Virus record (IMG/VR): IMGVR_UViG_3300020048_000003
Length of the DNA stretch: 64,000 nucleotides
DNA from: a virus
Direction: 5' to 3' (one strand)
This document shows positions 8,762 through 18,737 of the stretch, in pieces. Each line of letters starts with the position of its first letter. Positions within the stretch are counted from its first letter, which is position 1. A program made the position numbers and the translations under genes. The notes below the pieces were generated by a model. It worked only from the letters and a program-made list of their open reading frames with translations, was not told the DNA's origin and ran no database searches.

Positions 8762-8953
8762 TTAATATATTGAGATTATATTTTCGGGATAAACTAACAT
8801 AACATCTGGAGTATCAAAGTCCATATCCATATCATCTTTTTCAAGTTTTACTAAATACATATCATGGTGATTATTTCCGTTTCTTACTTTGTCGTAAACT
8901 ATACCTGTATAGTCACAATCGTCAATTCTAAAAGTTATTTTTCTACCTATCAT
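8762..8953 (-). CDS. hypothetical protein
   Basis: ORF track. Confidence 0.35.
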   Translation of the reverse strand: MIGRKITFRIDDCDYTGIVYDKVRNGNNHHDMYLVKLEKDDMDMDFDTPDVMLVYPENIISIY

Positions 8954-8981
8954 AATTTTATTTTATTTTGAATACAAATAT

Positions 8982-9335
8982 ATGCTTTTTTTGTTTATAA
9001 AAAAATTATATATACAAAAAAAAGTTATTCTTATGAAGAATGTTAGAAGTTATGAATCTTTTGATTTTAATTTTGATGAAGATAGTAGTAGAGTTTATGG
9101 TAAAAATACCTTTGAAGTAACTGTAAATGGTATTCCATTAGCAGTTGAGGGAGAGGTTATAGAAGGTAGTAAGGGTGATAGAGATACACCTGGTGTTACT
9201 GATTCTTTTGAAATATCAAAAATTTACATGTTTGATGAAGATGATCAAGAGGTAGAAGCAACACCTCAAGAATTAAAGGGTTTAGGTATATCTTATGATG
9301 ATATTGAATTTGAGGTACTTAATCAGATTGATTAA
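8982..9335 (+). CDS. acidic hypothetical protein
   Basis: ORF track. Confidence 0.4.
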   Translation: MLFLFIKKLYIQKKVILMKNVRSYESFDFNFDEDSSRVYGKNTFEVTVNGIPLAVEGEVIEGSKGDRDTPGVTDSFEISKIYMFDEDDQEVEATPQELKGLGISYDDIEFEVLNQID

Positions 9336-9526
9336 TGAATACCCAGATACCAAACACCTTTAATTTTTTCAAATTTATATTGAATTTTATCTTTCTTCAA
9401 CATGTTATCAAATGGTTTAATATCTGATTTCCATTTATCACCACGGGCGACAATTTCTTTAATATGAATATAAACTTGTTCAACATTCAAATTTTCAAAT
9501 TTCAAATTTCTTAGTTTTTTTAACAT
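9332..9526 (-). CDS. hypothetical protein
   Basis: ORF track. Confidence 0.35.
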   Translation of the reverse strand: MLKKLRNLKFENLNVEQVYIHIKEIVARGDKWKSDIKPFDNMLKKDKIQYKFEKIKGVWYLGIH

Positions 9527-9528
9527 TT

Positions 9529-9870
9529 TTATAGGGTTTTTTTAAGTTCTTCAATTTCTTTTTCGTGTCTTTTTATTTCTGATAATTTTGCTTTGTAATC
9601 TTTTTCTAATGATTGTTCATAAGTTTCTCTGAAATTTTGAATAATATTCCAAAGACCCCAGACTATGCAGAGTACCATAACGGCTGAGAAAAAATAGATA
9701 TCAAATCTAGTAAATAGATTTGTACTATTGTATGGTGGAATAAAATATAAACAGGTTGCACTTCCAACAACGTAAAATGACCATAAAAATATACTGAATA
9801 TTTTTAGTACAGTATATTTTCTTTTACTTTGCACATTTACTACTTTATATCTACTTTGCATAATCTTCAT
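9529..9870 (-). CDS. membrane protein with a coiled-coil tail
   Basis: Two transmembrane helices followed by a charged C-terminus. Confidence 0.45.
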   Translation of the reverse strand: MKIMQSRYKVVNVQSKRKYTVLKIFSIFLWSFYVVGSATCLYFIPPYNSTNLFTRFDIYFFSAVMVLCIVWGLWNIIQNFRETYEQSLEKDYKAKLSEIKRHEKEIEELKKTL

Positions 9871-10204
9871 ATTTTACTAGTTGCTTTTTTGTTTCTTCTA
9901 TTGCGTTATCACAATTTTTAATACCATTTTCTTTTGATTTAATTTCTTTTTGAAAATCTTCTTTTGTTCTTTCATAGAATATAATTCTTCCTTCTAAATA
10001 TTTCTTGTAGGTTGTTTTTGAGACTGAAAACATTGCATAAAATCCAGCAAAAGCACAGAATAATATAAGAAATTTTATAACGCCCATAGTTGGATCAGGA
10101 TTAAAATTTAACCATATGAACAATCCAAATGCTGAGAATCCGTAGATAAGACAAAACATTATCTTCAAAACTTTATCTGCTGTGAAACTTTCTAAACTTC
10201 TCAT
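9851..10204 (-). CDS. membrane protein, paralog-like of 9529..9870
   Basis: Similar architecture: two transmembrane helices and a KE-rich tail. Confidence 0.45.
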   Translation of the reverse strand: MRSLESFTADKVLKIMFCLIYGFSAFGLFIWLNFNPDPTMGVIKFLILFCAFAGFYAMFSVSKTTYKKYLEGRIIFYERTKEDFQKEIKSKENGIKNCDNAIEETKKQLVKYEDYAK

Positions 10205-10542
10205 TTTTTTCTTATAATTAAATCTTCATCAATAAAATCATGACTATATTTACCATTATCAAGTTTGTATTTGATACGGTATTTTTTTGTATTTTCATCA
10301 AATACAAGAGGTTCATCAAATGGCGGAAACATATCTACCATACCAAATAGCGTATCTATGTCTTTTTCACCTGGTACAGTAAAATAGACATAGTCACCAT
10401 TTTTATATTTTGGTTCAACTTTTTGTGGTTCTGGTTTAGGTTCAGAACATGCGGCTAACAATAATATTGTTATAAAGGTTAAGAGAATTTTATTTATCAT
10501 CTTCGTTTGAGTATTTGACATAAATATCACTATCAATGTCAC
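10201..10542 (-). CDS. putative lipoprotein
   Basis: MINKILLTFITILLLAACSEPKPEP: signal peptide plus lipobox Cys. Confidence 0.5.
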   Translation of the reverse strand: MTLIVIFMSNTQTKMINKILLTFITILLLAACSEPKPEPQKVEPKYKNGDYVYFTVPGEKDIDTLFGMVDMFPPFDEPLVFDENTKKYRIKYKLDNGKYSHDFIDEDLIIRKK

Positions 10543-10681
10543 GGTTTTTTAACATTTTTTTAAGTAAATCTTCTTTTGTCCTTTTTGCAGAATTTTCTGA
10601 AATTGCGTGCATTTGTGCAAAGAGACTAATTCCACCAAACAACAGTACAAGTGCCATAAGTAAGTAATATCCAGTTCCCAT
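10490..10681 (-). CDS. small membrane protein
   Basis: ORF track. One transmembrane helix. Confidence 0.35.
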   Translation of the reverse strand: MGTGYYLLMALVLLFGGISLFAQMHAISENSAKRTKEDLLKKMLKNRDIDSDIYVKYSNEDDK

Positions 10682-10708
10682 AGTTTTTAAGTTTTTTTAT
10701 AGTTTATT

Positions 10709-10873
10709 ATCGTGTCATTTCAAGTGCGTCCTCAAGAGAGAAATTCAATTCTACTTTATCGGTAAAAAAATCAGCTTTTTCAGCATCGGTGAGATCATTG
10801 ATTGTCATAGAAGGTTTTACACCACATTCAATCATTTTTGATTCAACTTCAAAATTTTCAGTATAGTTTGTCA
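10709..10873 (-). CDS. small acidic hypothetical protein (55 aa; not in the ORF track)
   Basis: Hand translation gives MTNYTENFEVESKMIECGV.... A class-1 promoter element lies directly upstream at 10913-10926. Confidence 0.35.
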
Positions 10874-10945
10874 TAGTTTTGTAGATTAAAGTGATTAGTA
10901 ATTCGTTAACAATGCAAAGATACGGATTTTACCCGGAAGAAAAAA

Positions 10946-11152
10946 TTACTTCAATTTTTGAAATTCTTTGTAAATAGCAATATCACAAAAAATATTTATT
11001 ATTGTTGCGACACTTCCAATTATTGTTAAAGATGGAAAATAAAGAAATCCTTTGGTGAATCCAATATAAAGTACTGGAAATGTGTATATTATATGCACAA
11101 GTATAGATACTAGTATAAGTGCTTTTAAAATAAGTTTGTTATAATTATCCAT
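10946..11152 (-). CDS. small membrane protein
   Basis: ORF track. Two transmembrane helices. Confidence 0.4.
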   Translation of the reverse strand: MDNYNKLILKALILVSILVHIIYTFPVLYIGFTKGFLYFPSLTIIGSVATIINIFCDIAIYKEFQKLK

Positions 11153-11501
11153 TAGTTATTTTTTTTAGAAAAAATGCATCTTTTTTTGAAGTTCTCACAA
11201 AAACTAAGTGGCTTAATATTTCTGTGAGTTCGCTTTTAATATTACAATCCATTAAATTATCAATTCCAAAGACTAAAATTTGATTTTTAAATTTCTCATT
11301 TCCAATTAGTTTTGCAATTGTACCACCTGCTTCAAGTATTTTTGGTATTATAGTTTCATCTTTTAATGTTTCAAGTTCAATATTTAATTCAATATCATTT
11401 TTTATAATTTCACCGTTCACAATGATTTGTGAATTTTTCATTCTTGCTTTTATGTCGTTAGCAAATAATCCGTGTATTTTTAAAATTTCTGAGAGTTTCA
11501 T
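11145..11501 (-). CDS. hypothetical protein
   Basis: ORF track. A class-1 promoter element lies immediately upstream. Confidence 0.45.
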   Translation of the reverse strand: MKLSEILKIHGLFANDIKARMKNSQIIVNGEIIKNDIELNIELETLKDETIIPKILEAGGTIAKLIGNEKFKNQILVFGIDNLMDCNIKSELTEILSHLVFVRTSKKDAFFLKKITNG

Positions 11502-11531
11502 AATGCAAAGATATGCAAAAGTTTAAAATAA

Positions 11532-11562
11532 AAAAAGTGGACTAAAAAATCCACTTTTTTTG
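11532..11562 (-). terminator. rho-independent terminator after the TonB receptor gene
   Basis: GTGGA-loop-TCCAC hairpin with a T-run on the minus strand. Confidence 0.45.
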
Positions 11563-11577
11563 TTTTCAATGAAGAAA

Positions 11578-14500
11578 TTAGAAAATATAACGTACTCCAA
11601 CTTGTGCTCCCCAAGTACTTTGAGTTGAAAGTACAGGTGTGAATGTTGATGTTGGTAATGAAGAACCAGTATAATTCATTTGATAATGAGGAATACCATC
11701 TGTTCCAGTTTTACTCATTTTTAATAAAGTAATATCATATGAACCTAAGGTTTGTTTTTGATAGATACCCCAACTTGAGTTTAGTAAATTTCCAACATTT
11801 AATAAATCTAAGCTTATTTGTAATGTTTGTCTTTTATTATTTTTACCTACTCCTGTAAATATATCTTGTAAAAGTTTTACATCAAATCTATTTACCCAAG
11901 GCATAATAACACCATATCTCTCAGCATATTGTCCTTTGTTTTCTGATAAGTATTCATCTTGATCAACATAAGCCCAGAAAGCAGCATTTTGTTCTTCTGA
12001 TGTAAATATTGTTTCAAATGTACCATCTGCTAATTTTTTAGTAATAGGATCAAAAATTATTTCGGACTCATCTTTAGGAATATACATAAGGTCAGCGGCA
12101 TTACCATCACCGTTCATGTCATTTGAATAGATATAATCTAAACGACCTTGGCTACTACCTTGATATACTAATGATACTGAAGTTCCTAAATGTTTAAGAT
12201 ATTCTTTATGATAAGTTACTGAACCTATAACTCTGTTAGGTACAGCGAATTGTGAATAACTTAATTCTAAAGCATTTTGACTTGCTACTGTTGGATTGCT
12301 TGCCCATGCTGATGATGCTGCGGAACCTGGATTTGAAGTAAAGTCTTTTACACCAAAGTGTGTATAAGCAATAAAGCCACTAAATCCATTTTGGAATTGT
12401 TTACTTAACTGTGCGGTTAATGAATATGAGTATCCATTTTCAATTGAAAGTTCATTAGTTAGAACCATTGCGTTGCTAACTCCTGGATTGATTTTGCGAG
12501 TAGCAGAGAAGTATCTTGGTCGCATATCTGGACCATTGAATGTTGCGGTGCTATCTTTTTGGTTTGCATTATATTGAATAACATCATTGATATTATTTGA
12601 ATACATACCTTCAAATGTTCCAACAATACCCCAAGGTAATTTAACATCAACTGCTAAATTAGTTCTCCAAACTTGTGGCATTTTGAATTTTGGATCAACA
12701 ACAGCAATAGAGCCAGGTGCAACACTTGATGGTTGACTTGGAAATAATGTTGTGTTGGATAAGTGATAGAAAGGATCTGGATTGAAAGTTAAATCTACTA
12801 ATTGAGCAGCTTTTGTAACTTCAACTGTGTTTTGTAGAGTTCCAGAATTTGTTGGTTGGTTTGTGAACCATACAAATGGTAATCTACCTGTAAAAACTCC
12901 TGAACCTCCTCGTACTTGAAGTGATTTATCTCCCTTAACATCCCAGTTAAAACTTACTCTAGGAGAGAAGGTGGGTTTGGATTCGGGCCATTTGCCAGCA
13001 TCTAATGTTAAATCTTCACCATTTAAATCTTTGAAAGTTAAATCTGTGATTGATGGATTAGGAATTAAATTATCAAAATATATTGGTAGTTCAATTCTTA
13101 AGCCTGCTGTTACTTTCAAATTATCTAAAATTTGAATTTCATCTTGTCCATAAAGAGCAGCGTAGCCAAAGGTTAATTCAGCATATCCATTTCCTGCGCC
13201 TTCATAAGGATAAGTTAGACCAAATGTAGTAGGAATTCCACCATTATAAAAATCATCCATAGATGCATATCTATAATAGCTTGTTCCATATCTTTTGTAA
13301 CTATTAGCAAAATACATTTGATCATAAGATGCACCTATTGTAAATGTGTGCATTCCCATATAATAGTTATAGTTATTAATAAAAGTTAATGTGTTATTTT
13401 TTACATCATTATCTTTTGTAAATAATTCATAACCAAATGACATGTAAGGATCTCCATCTTTATAAATATCAACAAATGGAAAAGGTGAACTGTTACTATT
13501 TCTAGTATCTTGAATTTTAGTATAAGTAAATAAGAATTTATTTGCAGATTTACCCCAAACACTATTTAATTCTGCTGATACTGAACCTACTGTATTAAGA
13601 AATCCATAATTAGAATTACTGAATGCCATAGATTTTTCTCCAATACGACCAAATGTTGAACGAGTTCCTGGTGCACTTGTTGCATTAACTTGTTGATCGT
13701 TAGTTGATTCAACATAGTTATATCTAACAGCGAATTTGTGATGTTGGTTAATATTCCAATCAATTTTTCCTAAAATTTTGTAATTATTACTTTCAAAATT
13801 TCCAAAATTTTGATAACTTCCAGCATCATATTGATATGTATTTTTGAGATAATCACTCATAACTGACATATCAGTAGCAGTTGTTCTAGAAATATAATTC
13901 GCAGCATCTGGTTCAATACCATTTTCTGGATCGCTTACACTCCAAGGAATTCCTGGATATGATGATTTTTCCTTTTCTGCGTTAAAGAATATAAATAATT
14001 TATTCTTTATAATTGGTCCTCCTACTGATGCTCCGTAACTAAGTGTACTTTGATCGGTTAGTGTTAACTCTTTATCTTCTACTTTTTTTCCATTGAAGGA
14101 TTTATCACGGAAATAAGTATAAGCGGTTCCTTTCCATTCGTTAGTACCACTTTTAGTAACAGCATTAATATTTGCACCTGTAAAATTTGACTGTCTAATA
14201 TCAAATGGTGCGACATTTACGCTAATTTCTTCAATAGCATCTAAACTAATTGGTTGTGCATCACCACCTGGTAGTGATTTTGTGCTTAGTCCGAAGTTGT
14301 TGTTGAAGTTTGCACCGTCAACTGTGATGTTATTGTATCTTCCATCACGACCTGCAAAACTGGTTCCGTTGGATTGTGGTGTCATTTTAGTGAAATCTGT
14401 AATACTTCTATTGATAGAAGGTAATGCTTTGATTTCAGCCAAATTGATGTTTGTTGATGCTCCAGTTTTATTACCATCAATTAATTGATTTTTTTGTGCT

Positions 14501-14925
14501 GTTACTTCAACACCTGTAATTTCACTGGCATTTTGAGATAGTGTTTCATTTAATCCTAGTGTTTGTCCTAAGTTTAAATTGATATTTTCCTCAACAATTG
14601 GTTTGTAGCCAACGTAGGATATGGTTAGTGTGTAAGGTCCTCCAACTTTTAAGTTAGTAATTCGGTAGAGCCCATCCACATCTGTAACTGTGCCGTATTG
14701 TGTTCCTGTTGGAACATGAACTAATACAACACTTGCACCTGGCAATGAGACTTTGTTTTCTCCATATATCTTACCACTTATACCTGAAGTGGTAACTTGA
14801 GCAAACATTATCAAACTGCTAAATGAGAACAATAGAAAAAAGATTAATCTTTTTAGGTTTTTTGTCATAGTTTTGATTTTTTTTTTGACTTCCCGCGGAA
14901 TTACGAGAGTTATCATTTTTATCAA
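11578..14925 (-). CDS. TonB-dependent outer-membrane receptor (Bacteroidetes type: CarbopepD_reg N-domain, plug, 22-strand barrel)
   Basis: Signal peptide. N-terminal domain VTTSGISGKIYGENKVSLPGASVVLVHVPTGTQYGTVTDVDGLYRI. Plug-like region. C-terminus ends ...VGVRYIF. GC is noticeably higher than flanking DNA. Confidence 0.85.
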   Translation of the reverse strand: MIKMITLVIPREVKKKIKTMTKNLKRLIFFLLFSFSSLIMFAQVTTSGISGKIYGENKVSLPGASVVLVHVPTGTQYGTVTDVDGLYRITNLKVGGPYTLTISYVGYKPIVEENINLNLGQTLGLNETLSQNASEITGVEVTAQKNQLIDGNKTGASTNINLAEIKALPSINRSITDFTKMTPQSNGTSFAGRDGRYNNITVDGANFNNNFGLSTKSLPGGDAQPISLDAIEEISVNVAPFDIRQSNFTGANINAVTKSGTNEWKGTAYTYFRDKSFNGKKVEDKELTLTDQSTLSYGASVGGPIIKNKLFIFFNAEKEKSSYPGIPWSVSDPENGIEPDAANYISRTTATDMSVMSDYLKNTYQYDAGSYQNFGNFESNNYKILGKIDWNINQHHKFAVRYNYVESTNDQQVNATSAPGTRSTFGRIGEKSMAFSNSNYGFLNTVGSVSAELNSVWGKSANKFLFTYTKIQDTRNSNSSPFPFVDIYKDGDPYMSFGYELFTKDNDVKNNTLTFINNYNYYMGMHTFTIGASYDQMYFANSYKRYGTSYYRYASMDDFYNGGIPTTFGLTYPYEGAGNGYAELTFGYAALYGQDEIQILDNLKVTAGLRIELPIYFDNLIPNPSITDLTFKDLNGEDLTLDAGKWPESKPTFSPRVSFNWDVKGDKSLQVRGGSGVFTGRLPFVWFTNQPTNSGTLQNTVEVTKAAQLVDLTFNPDPFYHLSNTTLFPSQPSSVAPGSIAVVDPKFKMPQVWRTNLAVDVKLPWGIVGTFEGMYSNNINDVIQYNANQKDSTATFNGPDMRPRYFSATRKINPGVSNAMVLTNELSIENGYSYSLTAQLSKQFQNGFSGFIAYTHFGVKDFTSNPGSAASSAWASNPTVASQNALELSYSQFAVPNRVIGSVTYHKEYLKHLGTSVSLVYQGSSQGRLDYIYSNDMNGDGNAADLMYIPKDESEIIFDPITKKLADGTFETIFTSEEQNAAFWAYVDQDEYLSENKGQYAERYGVIMPWVNRFDVKLLQDIFTGVGKNNKRQTLQISLDLLNVGNLLNSSWGIYQKQTLGSYDITLLKMSKTGTDGIPHYQMNYTGSSLPTSTFTPVLSTQSTWGAQVGVRYIF

Positions 14926-14975
14926 AAAATAAACAAAAAGTTTTAAAAAGATTAATCTTTTAATACTTGCTGATA

Positions 14976-15362
14976 TTATTCACCATCATAATCATCAACA
15001 ATCTTGATGCCAAGTTCAATTTCAATTGTGTTAAGTTTTTCAACTTTTTCTTTTTCGGTTTCGTATGTTTCCACTATTGCTGATAAAACATCACGAAGTG
15101 ATTTGAATTCTTTTCTTGAAAGAAAGTTTTCAACTTTCTTTTCTGTTTCTATGTCATTACTTAAAGAGTAAAATCTATCAAGAATACCATGTAAAAGATG
15201 TATTTGCTCATTGGTTTTAAGTGATAGTGTTTTTTTAACAGCATCATCCAAATCTAATGTTGAAAAATCTTCTTCTTTTTCAACATTTAATGTGTTTTTA
15301 ATTAAATCCAATTCGGATTGTGGTGTTTCAGCGTAAAAAGTGTATGTTCCTTCGGTTATCAT
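14976..15362 (-). CDS. acidic hypothetical protein
   Basis: ORF track. Confidence 0.45.
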   Translation of the reverse strand: MITEGTYTFYAETPQSELDLIKNTLNVEKEEDFSTLDLDDAVKKTLSLKTNEQIHLLHGILDRFYSLSNDIETEKKVENFLSRKEFKSLRDVLSAIVETYETEKEKVEKLNTIEIELGIKIVDDYDGE

Positions 15363-15382
15363 TTTATTTTATTTTTTAATGT

Positions 15383-15796
15383 TTATACATTAGTATTATC
15401 TTCGGTTGATTCTGTTGGTGTTACAGGTATAATAGGTGTTATCGTTGTTAAACTGTCGTTTAAATGATAAAGTTGGTTCAGATGCAGCGAATTTTCTTTT
15501 GTTGATGCAGGATCAACAGGTGTTACAGTGCTATTACTTTTTGCTTTTTCTGCCTCAATTAAATCCCATACTTCTTTAAAAACCATATCAGATTTAAATG
15601 CGGCAATAACGTAAGCTATCAGAACAATATTCATAAAAATTAAACAAATTAATATCATATGAAATATTGATGTTTTTGGTACCATATAAAGTGCGGCAAC
15701 AAGCCATCCGGTCATTATTAGTCCACGATATACGTTTTGTTCAAGATTTTTTACAATCTCAATAACTGTTGATGTTTTTAATTTTTCTATTTTCAT
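15383..15796 (-). CDS. membrane protein
   Basis: Two transmembrane helices and a Thr/Pro-rich tail. Confidence 0.45.
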   Translation of the reverse strand: MKIEKLKTSTVIEIVKNLEQNVYRGLIMTGWLVAALYMVPKTSIFHMILICLIFMNIVLIAYVIAAFKSDMVFKEVWDLIEAEKAKSNSTVTPVDPASTKENSLHLNQLYHLNDSLTTITPIIPVTPTESTEDNTNV

Positions 15797-16125
15797 TAGT
15801 TTTTTTGTTTAATTGTCATTGCTATTGGATAAGAGGAACTTCTACCTTCTACAATATATAATGTATCAGCATCACAAGTATATTGATATATAATACCAAA
15901 CTGTTCAGAATTAGATTTACTAATCAGTTTGAAGTTATTTGGAATTTCAATCTTTTTTTCTTCGGGTTTTTCTTCAGATTCAACTGATTTGCAGCCTGTT
16001 AAAAAACTTGCTAATCCAAATAGAACTAGAAAAAATATTAATGCAAATAAAATAGATGCTCTTCCGTGAAAAACATTTGCTCGTTTTTGATTGTAATCAA
16101 TCATTTCTTTTAATTCTTTTTCCAT
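15796..16125 (-). CDS. membrane protein
   Basis: One transmembrane helix near the N-terminus. Confidence 0.4.
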   Translation of the reverse strand: MEKELKEMIDYNQKRANVFHGRASILFALIFFLVLFGLASFLTGCKSVESEEKPEEKKIEIPNNFKLISKSNSEQFGIIYQYTCDADTLYIVEGRSSSYPIAMTIKQKN

Positions 16126-16354
16126 ATTATTTATTTTTAGTGTGTTCTAACATTTCGTATACTGTGTACAATGCCACAAGAATTGGCAACATCCATATTA
16201 TTTCCATTAAAGTGATTTTATAAGTTTATTCCTATCATTTACGATTTTTTCAATGAGTTTTTTATTATCATTAGAAAATTTAATCTGAACTACAACATAA
16301 GTTATAATTGCAATTATTGCTAATGATATTGGTATCCAAATTAAAATGTCCATA

Positions 16355-16678
16355 TTATTTTTTATTTTTTGTTTCTAAAAAGGTGTACGCTGCAATTATT
16401 TTCTGCATTTGAGCAGTAGTATTAACGCCTGGATTTTTATCTGGATGCCATTTCATAGCCATTTTGCGATATGCTTTCTTTATTTCAGCAAATGTAGCGC
16501 CAACTTCAATACCAAGAATAAAATATGGGTCATCCACACCAAGAACTGTTACCGCTTCTTCATAACCCATTCTTTGATTAAATGCTTTTTTCCATTGTGA
16601 AGCATCACCATAACCATCAACTGAAGGATTATAAGTTTTATATCCATCCATAAATCCCTTTTTTGCTTTTGTTGTCAT
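16355..16678 (-). CDS. J-domain (DnaJ-like) co-chaperone
   Basis: [33 protein letters not shown] with the HPD motif. Confidence 0.75.
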   Translation of the reverse strand: MTTKAKKGFMDGYKTYNPSVDGYGDASQWKKAFNQRMGYEEAVTVLGVDDPYFILGIEVGATFAEIKKAYRKMAMKWHPDKNPGVNTTAQMQKIIAAYTFLETKNKK

Positions 16679-16687
16679 AGATTTAGT

Positions 16688-16951
16688 TTAATTTGATTTG
16701 AGATTAAGTGTAACTGGAACTTCGTGTCCTGGTAATCCAAGTGCCTGTAAGTGTTTACAAGTACGGTAACGCCTCCAACCTGGGCAGGAGCAACCCATAT
16801 GACCTTTTATGATATTCTGTGAAACGATATAAACTCTATCAGACGATTCCGAACGAATTTCAAAGCGATTTTTCCACAATTTATTATCTGGAAGAAAATC
16901 AGATTTTTTCACATATAATGTTATTGATGAATCTTTTACCAAATTTGACAT
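16688..16951 (-). CDS. SWIM zinc-finger protein
   Basis: CSCPGWRRYRTCKHLQAL, a CxC...CxH pattern. Confidence 0.55.
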   Translation of the reverse strand: MSNLVKDSSITLYVKKSDFLPDNKLWKNRFEIRSESSDRVYIVSQNIIKGHMGCSCPGWRRYRTCKHLQALGLPGHEVPVTLNLKSN

Positions 16952-16980
16952 ATCTTGTTTTTAAGAGGTTAGCACTATAT

Positions 16981-17028
16981 TGTTTCAACAGTACAAAAGT
17001 ACTATTTTTCTTTGAATAAAAAAAATCC
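16981..17028 (-). promoter_or_regulatory. class-2 promoter element (~46 bp; contains TACTTTTG, matching the Bacteroidetes -7 box, on the minus strand)
   Basis: One of 5 near-identical copies of TGTTTCAACARTACAAAAGTACAATTTTT..TGAATAAAAAAAAT. About 40 nt upstream of the start of 16688..16951. Confidence 0.5.
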
Positions 17029-17082
17029 AAATGAAATAATAATTATAAAAAAACTTTTAATATAAAATTTTATAAGTAAATT

Positions 17083-17898
17083 ATGTTTACTTTAAAAGAA
17101 TTGCAAGATAAAGTTGAAAAAGGAATATCAGAATACATAGGTTTTGATGTGAATAAAATTTTTGAACAATCTGATTATATTACAATTTATGGTGGTGCTG
17201 TCCGTGATAGTCTTGCTGGTGTTGAAATACACGATATAGATATTTTATGTATGCCAAATTCTGCACATAAACTTAAAACCTATCTTAATTCAGTTGGTTA
17301 TGAATCACTTGATTTATATGACCCTGATACTTTGAATATGTATCATGGTATATCATTAATTTCAGAACCTTGGACCCTTATGAATGATAAAAAGAAAATT
17401 ATTCAAATTATTAGACCAAGATGGAATGGACAACTTTATAGAAAAGGTAAAATTAGTGAATATCATGCGGCTGAAGTGACAAATTATCAACTAGCATATT
17501 ACAATTTAATAAAAAATGTTGATATTTCTTGTTGTGGTGTATTTTTAGAAAATCATGATAGAGAAATTAGGTTAAGAGAGGCTTGTAAAAATTCAATAAT
17601 TAATTGCTTATCTCAAACTTATACAGTTAACAAATGGGCAAAATTATATAGTTCAAATAGAACTGAAAATAGAAAACACAAATTATCAACTAGAGGTTGG
17701 ATAGAACTTGATCAAGCTATATCTATTAGTAGTCCATATACTCCGGCTCATAAAATATTCTTAAAAAAAGAAAGATTATTCAAAATTATGAATTTAGAGT
17801 TTAATCCTGAGTATAATTATAAAATTTGGACAGAAGAAGAATATTTAAATAGAATTAAACCTTTTGAGCCTATTGATATTTGGGATTTACTCAAATAA
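17083..17898 (+). CDS. Pol-beta-type nucleotidyltransferase, tRNA CCA-adding/poly(A) polymerase head-domain family
   Basis: IYGGAVRDSLAGVEIHDIDIL matches the GGxVRD...DxD head-domain signature. Confidence 0.55.
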   Translation: MFTLKELQDKVEKGISEYIGFDVNKIFEQSDYITIYGGAVRDSLAGVEIHDIDILCMPNSAHKLKTYLNSVGYESLDLYDPDTLNMYHGISLISEPWTLMNDKKKIIQIIRPRWNGQLYRKGKISEYHAAEVTNYQLAYYNLIKNVDISCCGVFLENHDREIRLREACKNSIINCLSQTYTVNKWAKLYSSNRTENRKHKLSTRGWIELDQAISISSPYTPAHKIFLKKERLFKIMNLEFNPEYNYKIWTEEEYLNRIKPFEPIDIWDLLK

Positions 17899-17902
17899 AA
17901 AA

Positions 17903-17930
17903 GCCAGATTTTTTCTGGCTTTTTTTCTTA
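17903..17930. terminator. bidirectional rho-independent terminator
   Basis: AGCCAGA-TTTTTT-CTGGCT with a T-run, between convergent genes. Confidence 0.55.
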
Positions 17931-17935
17931 AAGTT

Positions 17936-18709
17936 CTATTTTTTACTCCAAGTTTCAAATTCTTTTACTATTTCTAATAATTTTGGATCCAATTTTTCAT
18001 ATGCTTCATCTGAAATTGAGGTTGGTATTCCATAAAATGCTTGTGCTATTCCACCAGCCATACAACCTGTTGTATCGCAATCACCACCTAACCATATAGT
18101 TAGACGAATACAATCTTCGTAATTTTTACTTTCCAAGAAACATACAATTGCTTCTGGTACAGAACCTTGACAAGTTTCTTGAAACCAATAATCTGGTTTC
18201 CGTTCGGCAATAGTTGTATCAAGGTCGTAATCAAAATTATTTTCAATATAATTTTTTATTTCTTGTTTACCTTGTCCAGTTCTTGCTAAGAAGATAGCAG
18301 CGGCAATTGCTTGTGCGCCTTTAATTCCTTCTGGGTGATTATGTGTAACTTCGGCACTTTTCTTTGCCATTTCCAATGTTTTTTCCAATGTATCATAGGC
18401 AAATCCAATTGGACTAATTCGCATTGCGGAGCCATTACCAAAACTATTGTATGGTTGTGGATCTGAGAAATCTATCCATTTTTTGAACATTCCGCCATAT
18501 CCAGCATTTCGGAACATTCTTGCATATTTTTGATATGTTTCTGTGAAATCTAAGTTGTGCATTATACAATCTGCTGTTGCTACGGATAAAACTGTATCAT
18601 CAGTAAATTTAGATTTTTCAGAAAAAAGTGGAAAATCATTTTTTTCACCTTTCCAATTTTTGAATTCATATACGGAGCCTATAATATCTCCTGCGATTGC
18701 ACCTATCAT
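17936..18709 (-). CDS. ADP-ribosylglycohydrolase (DraG/ARH family)
   Basis: MIGAIAGDIIGS...TDDT...GGDCDTTGCMAGGIAQAFYG match the family signatures. Confidence 0.7.
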   Translation of the reverse strand: MIGAIAGDIIGSVYEFKNWKGEKNDFPLFSEKSKFTDDTVLSVATADCIMHNLDFTETYQKYARMFRNAGYGGMFKKWIDFSDPQPYNSFGNGSAMRISPIGFAYDTLEKTLEMAKKSAEVTHNHPEGIKGAQAIAAAIFLARTGQGKQEIKNYIENNFDYDLDTTIAERKPDYWFQETCQGSVPEAIVCFLESKNYEDCIRLTIWLGGDCDTTGCMAGGIAQAFYGIPTSISDEAYEKLDPKLLEIVKEFETWSKK

Positions 18710-18737
18710 AATTTTTTATTTTAAAATAGTGAGAAAA

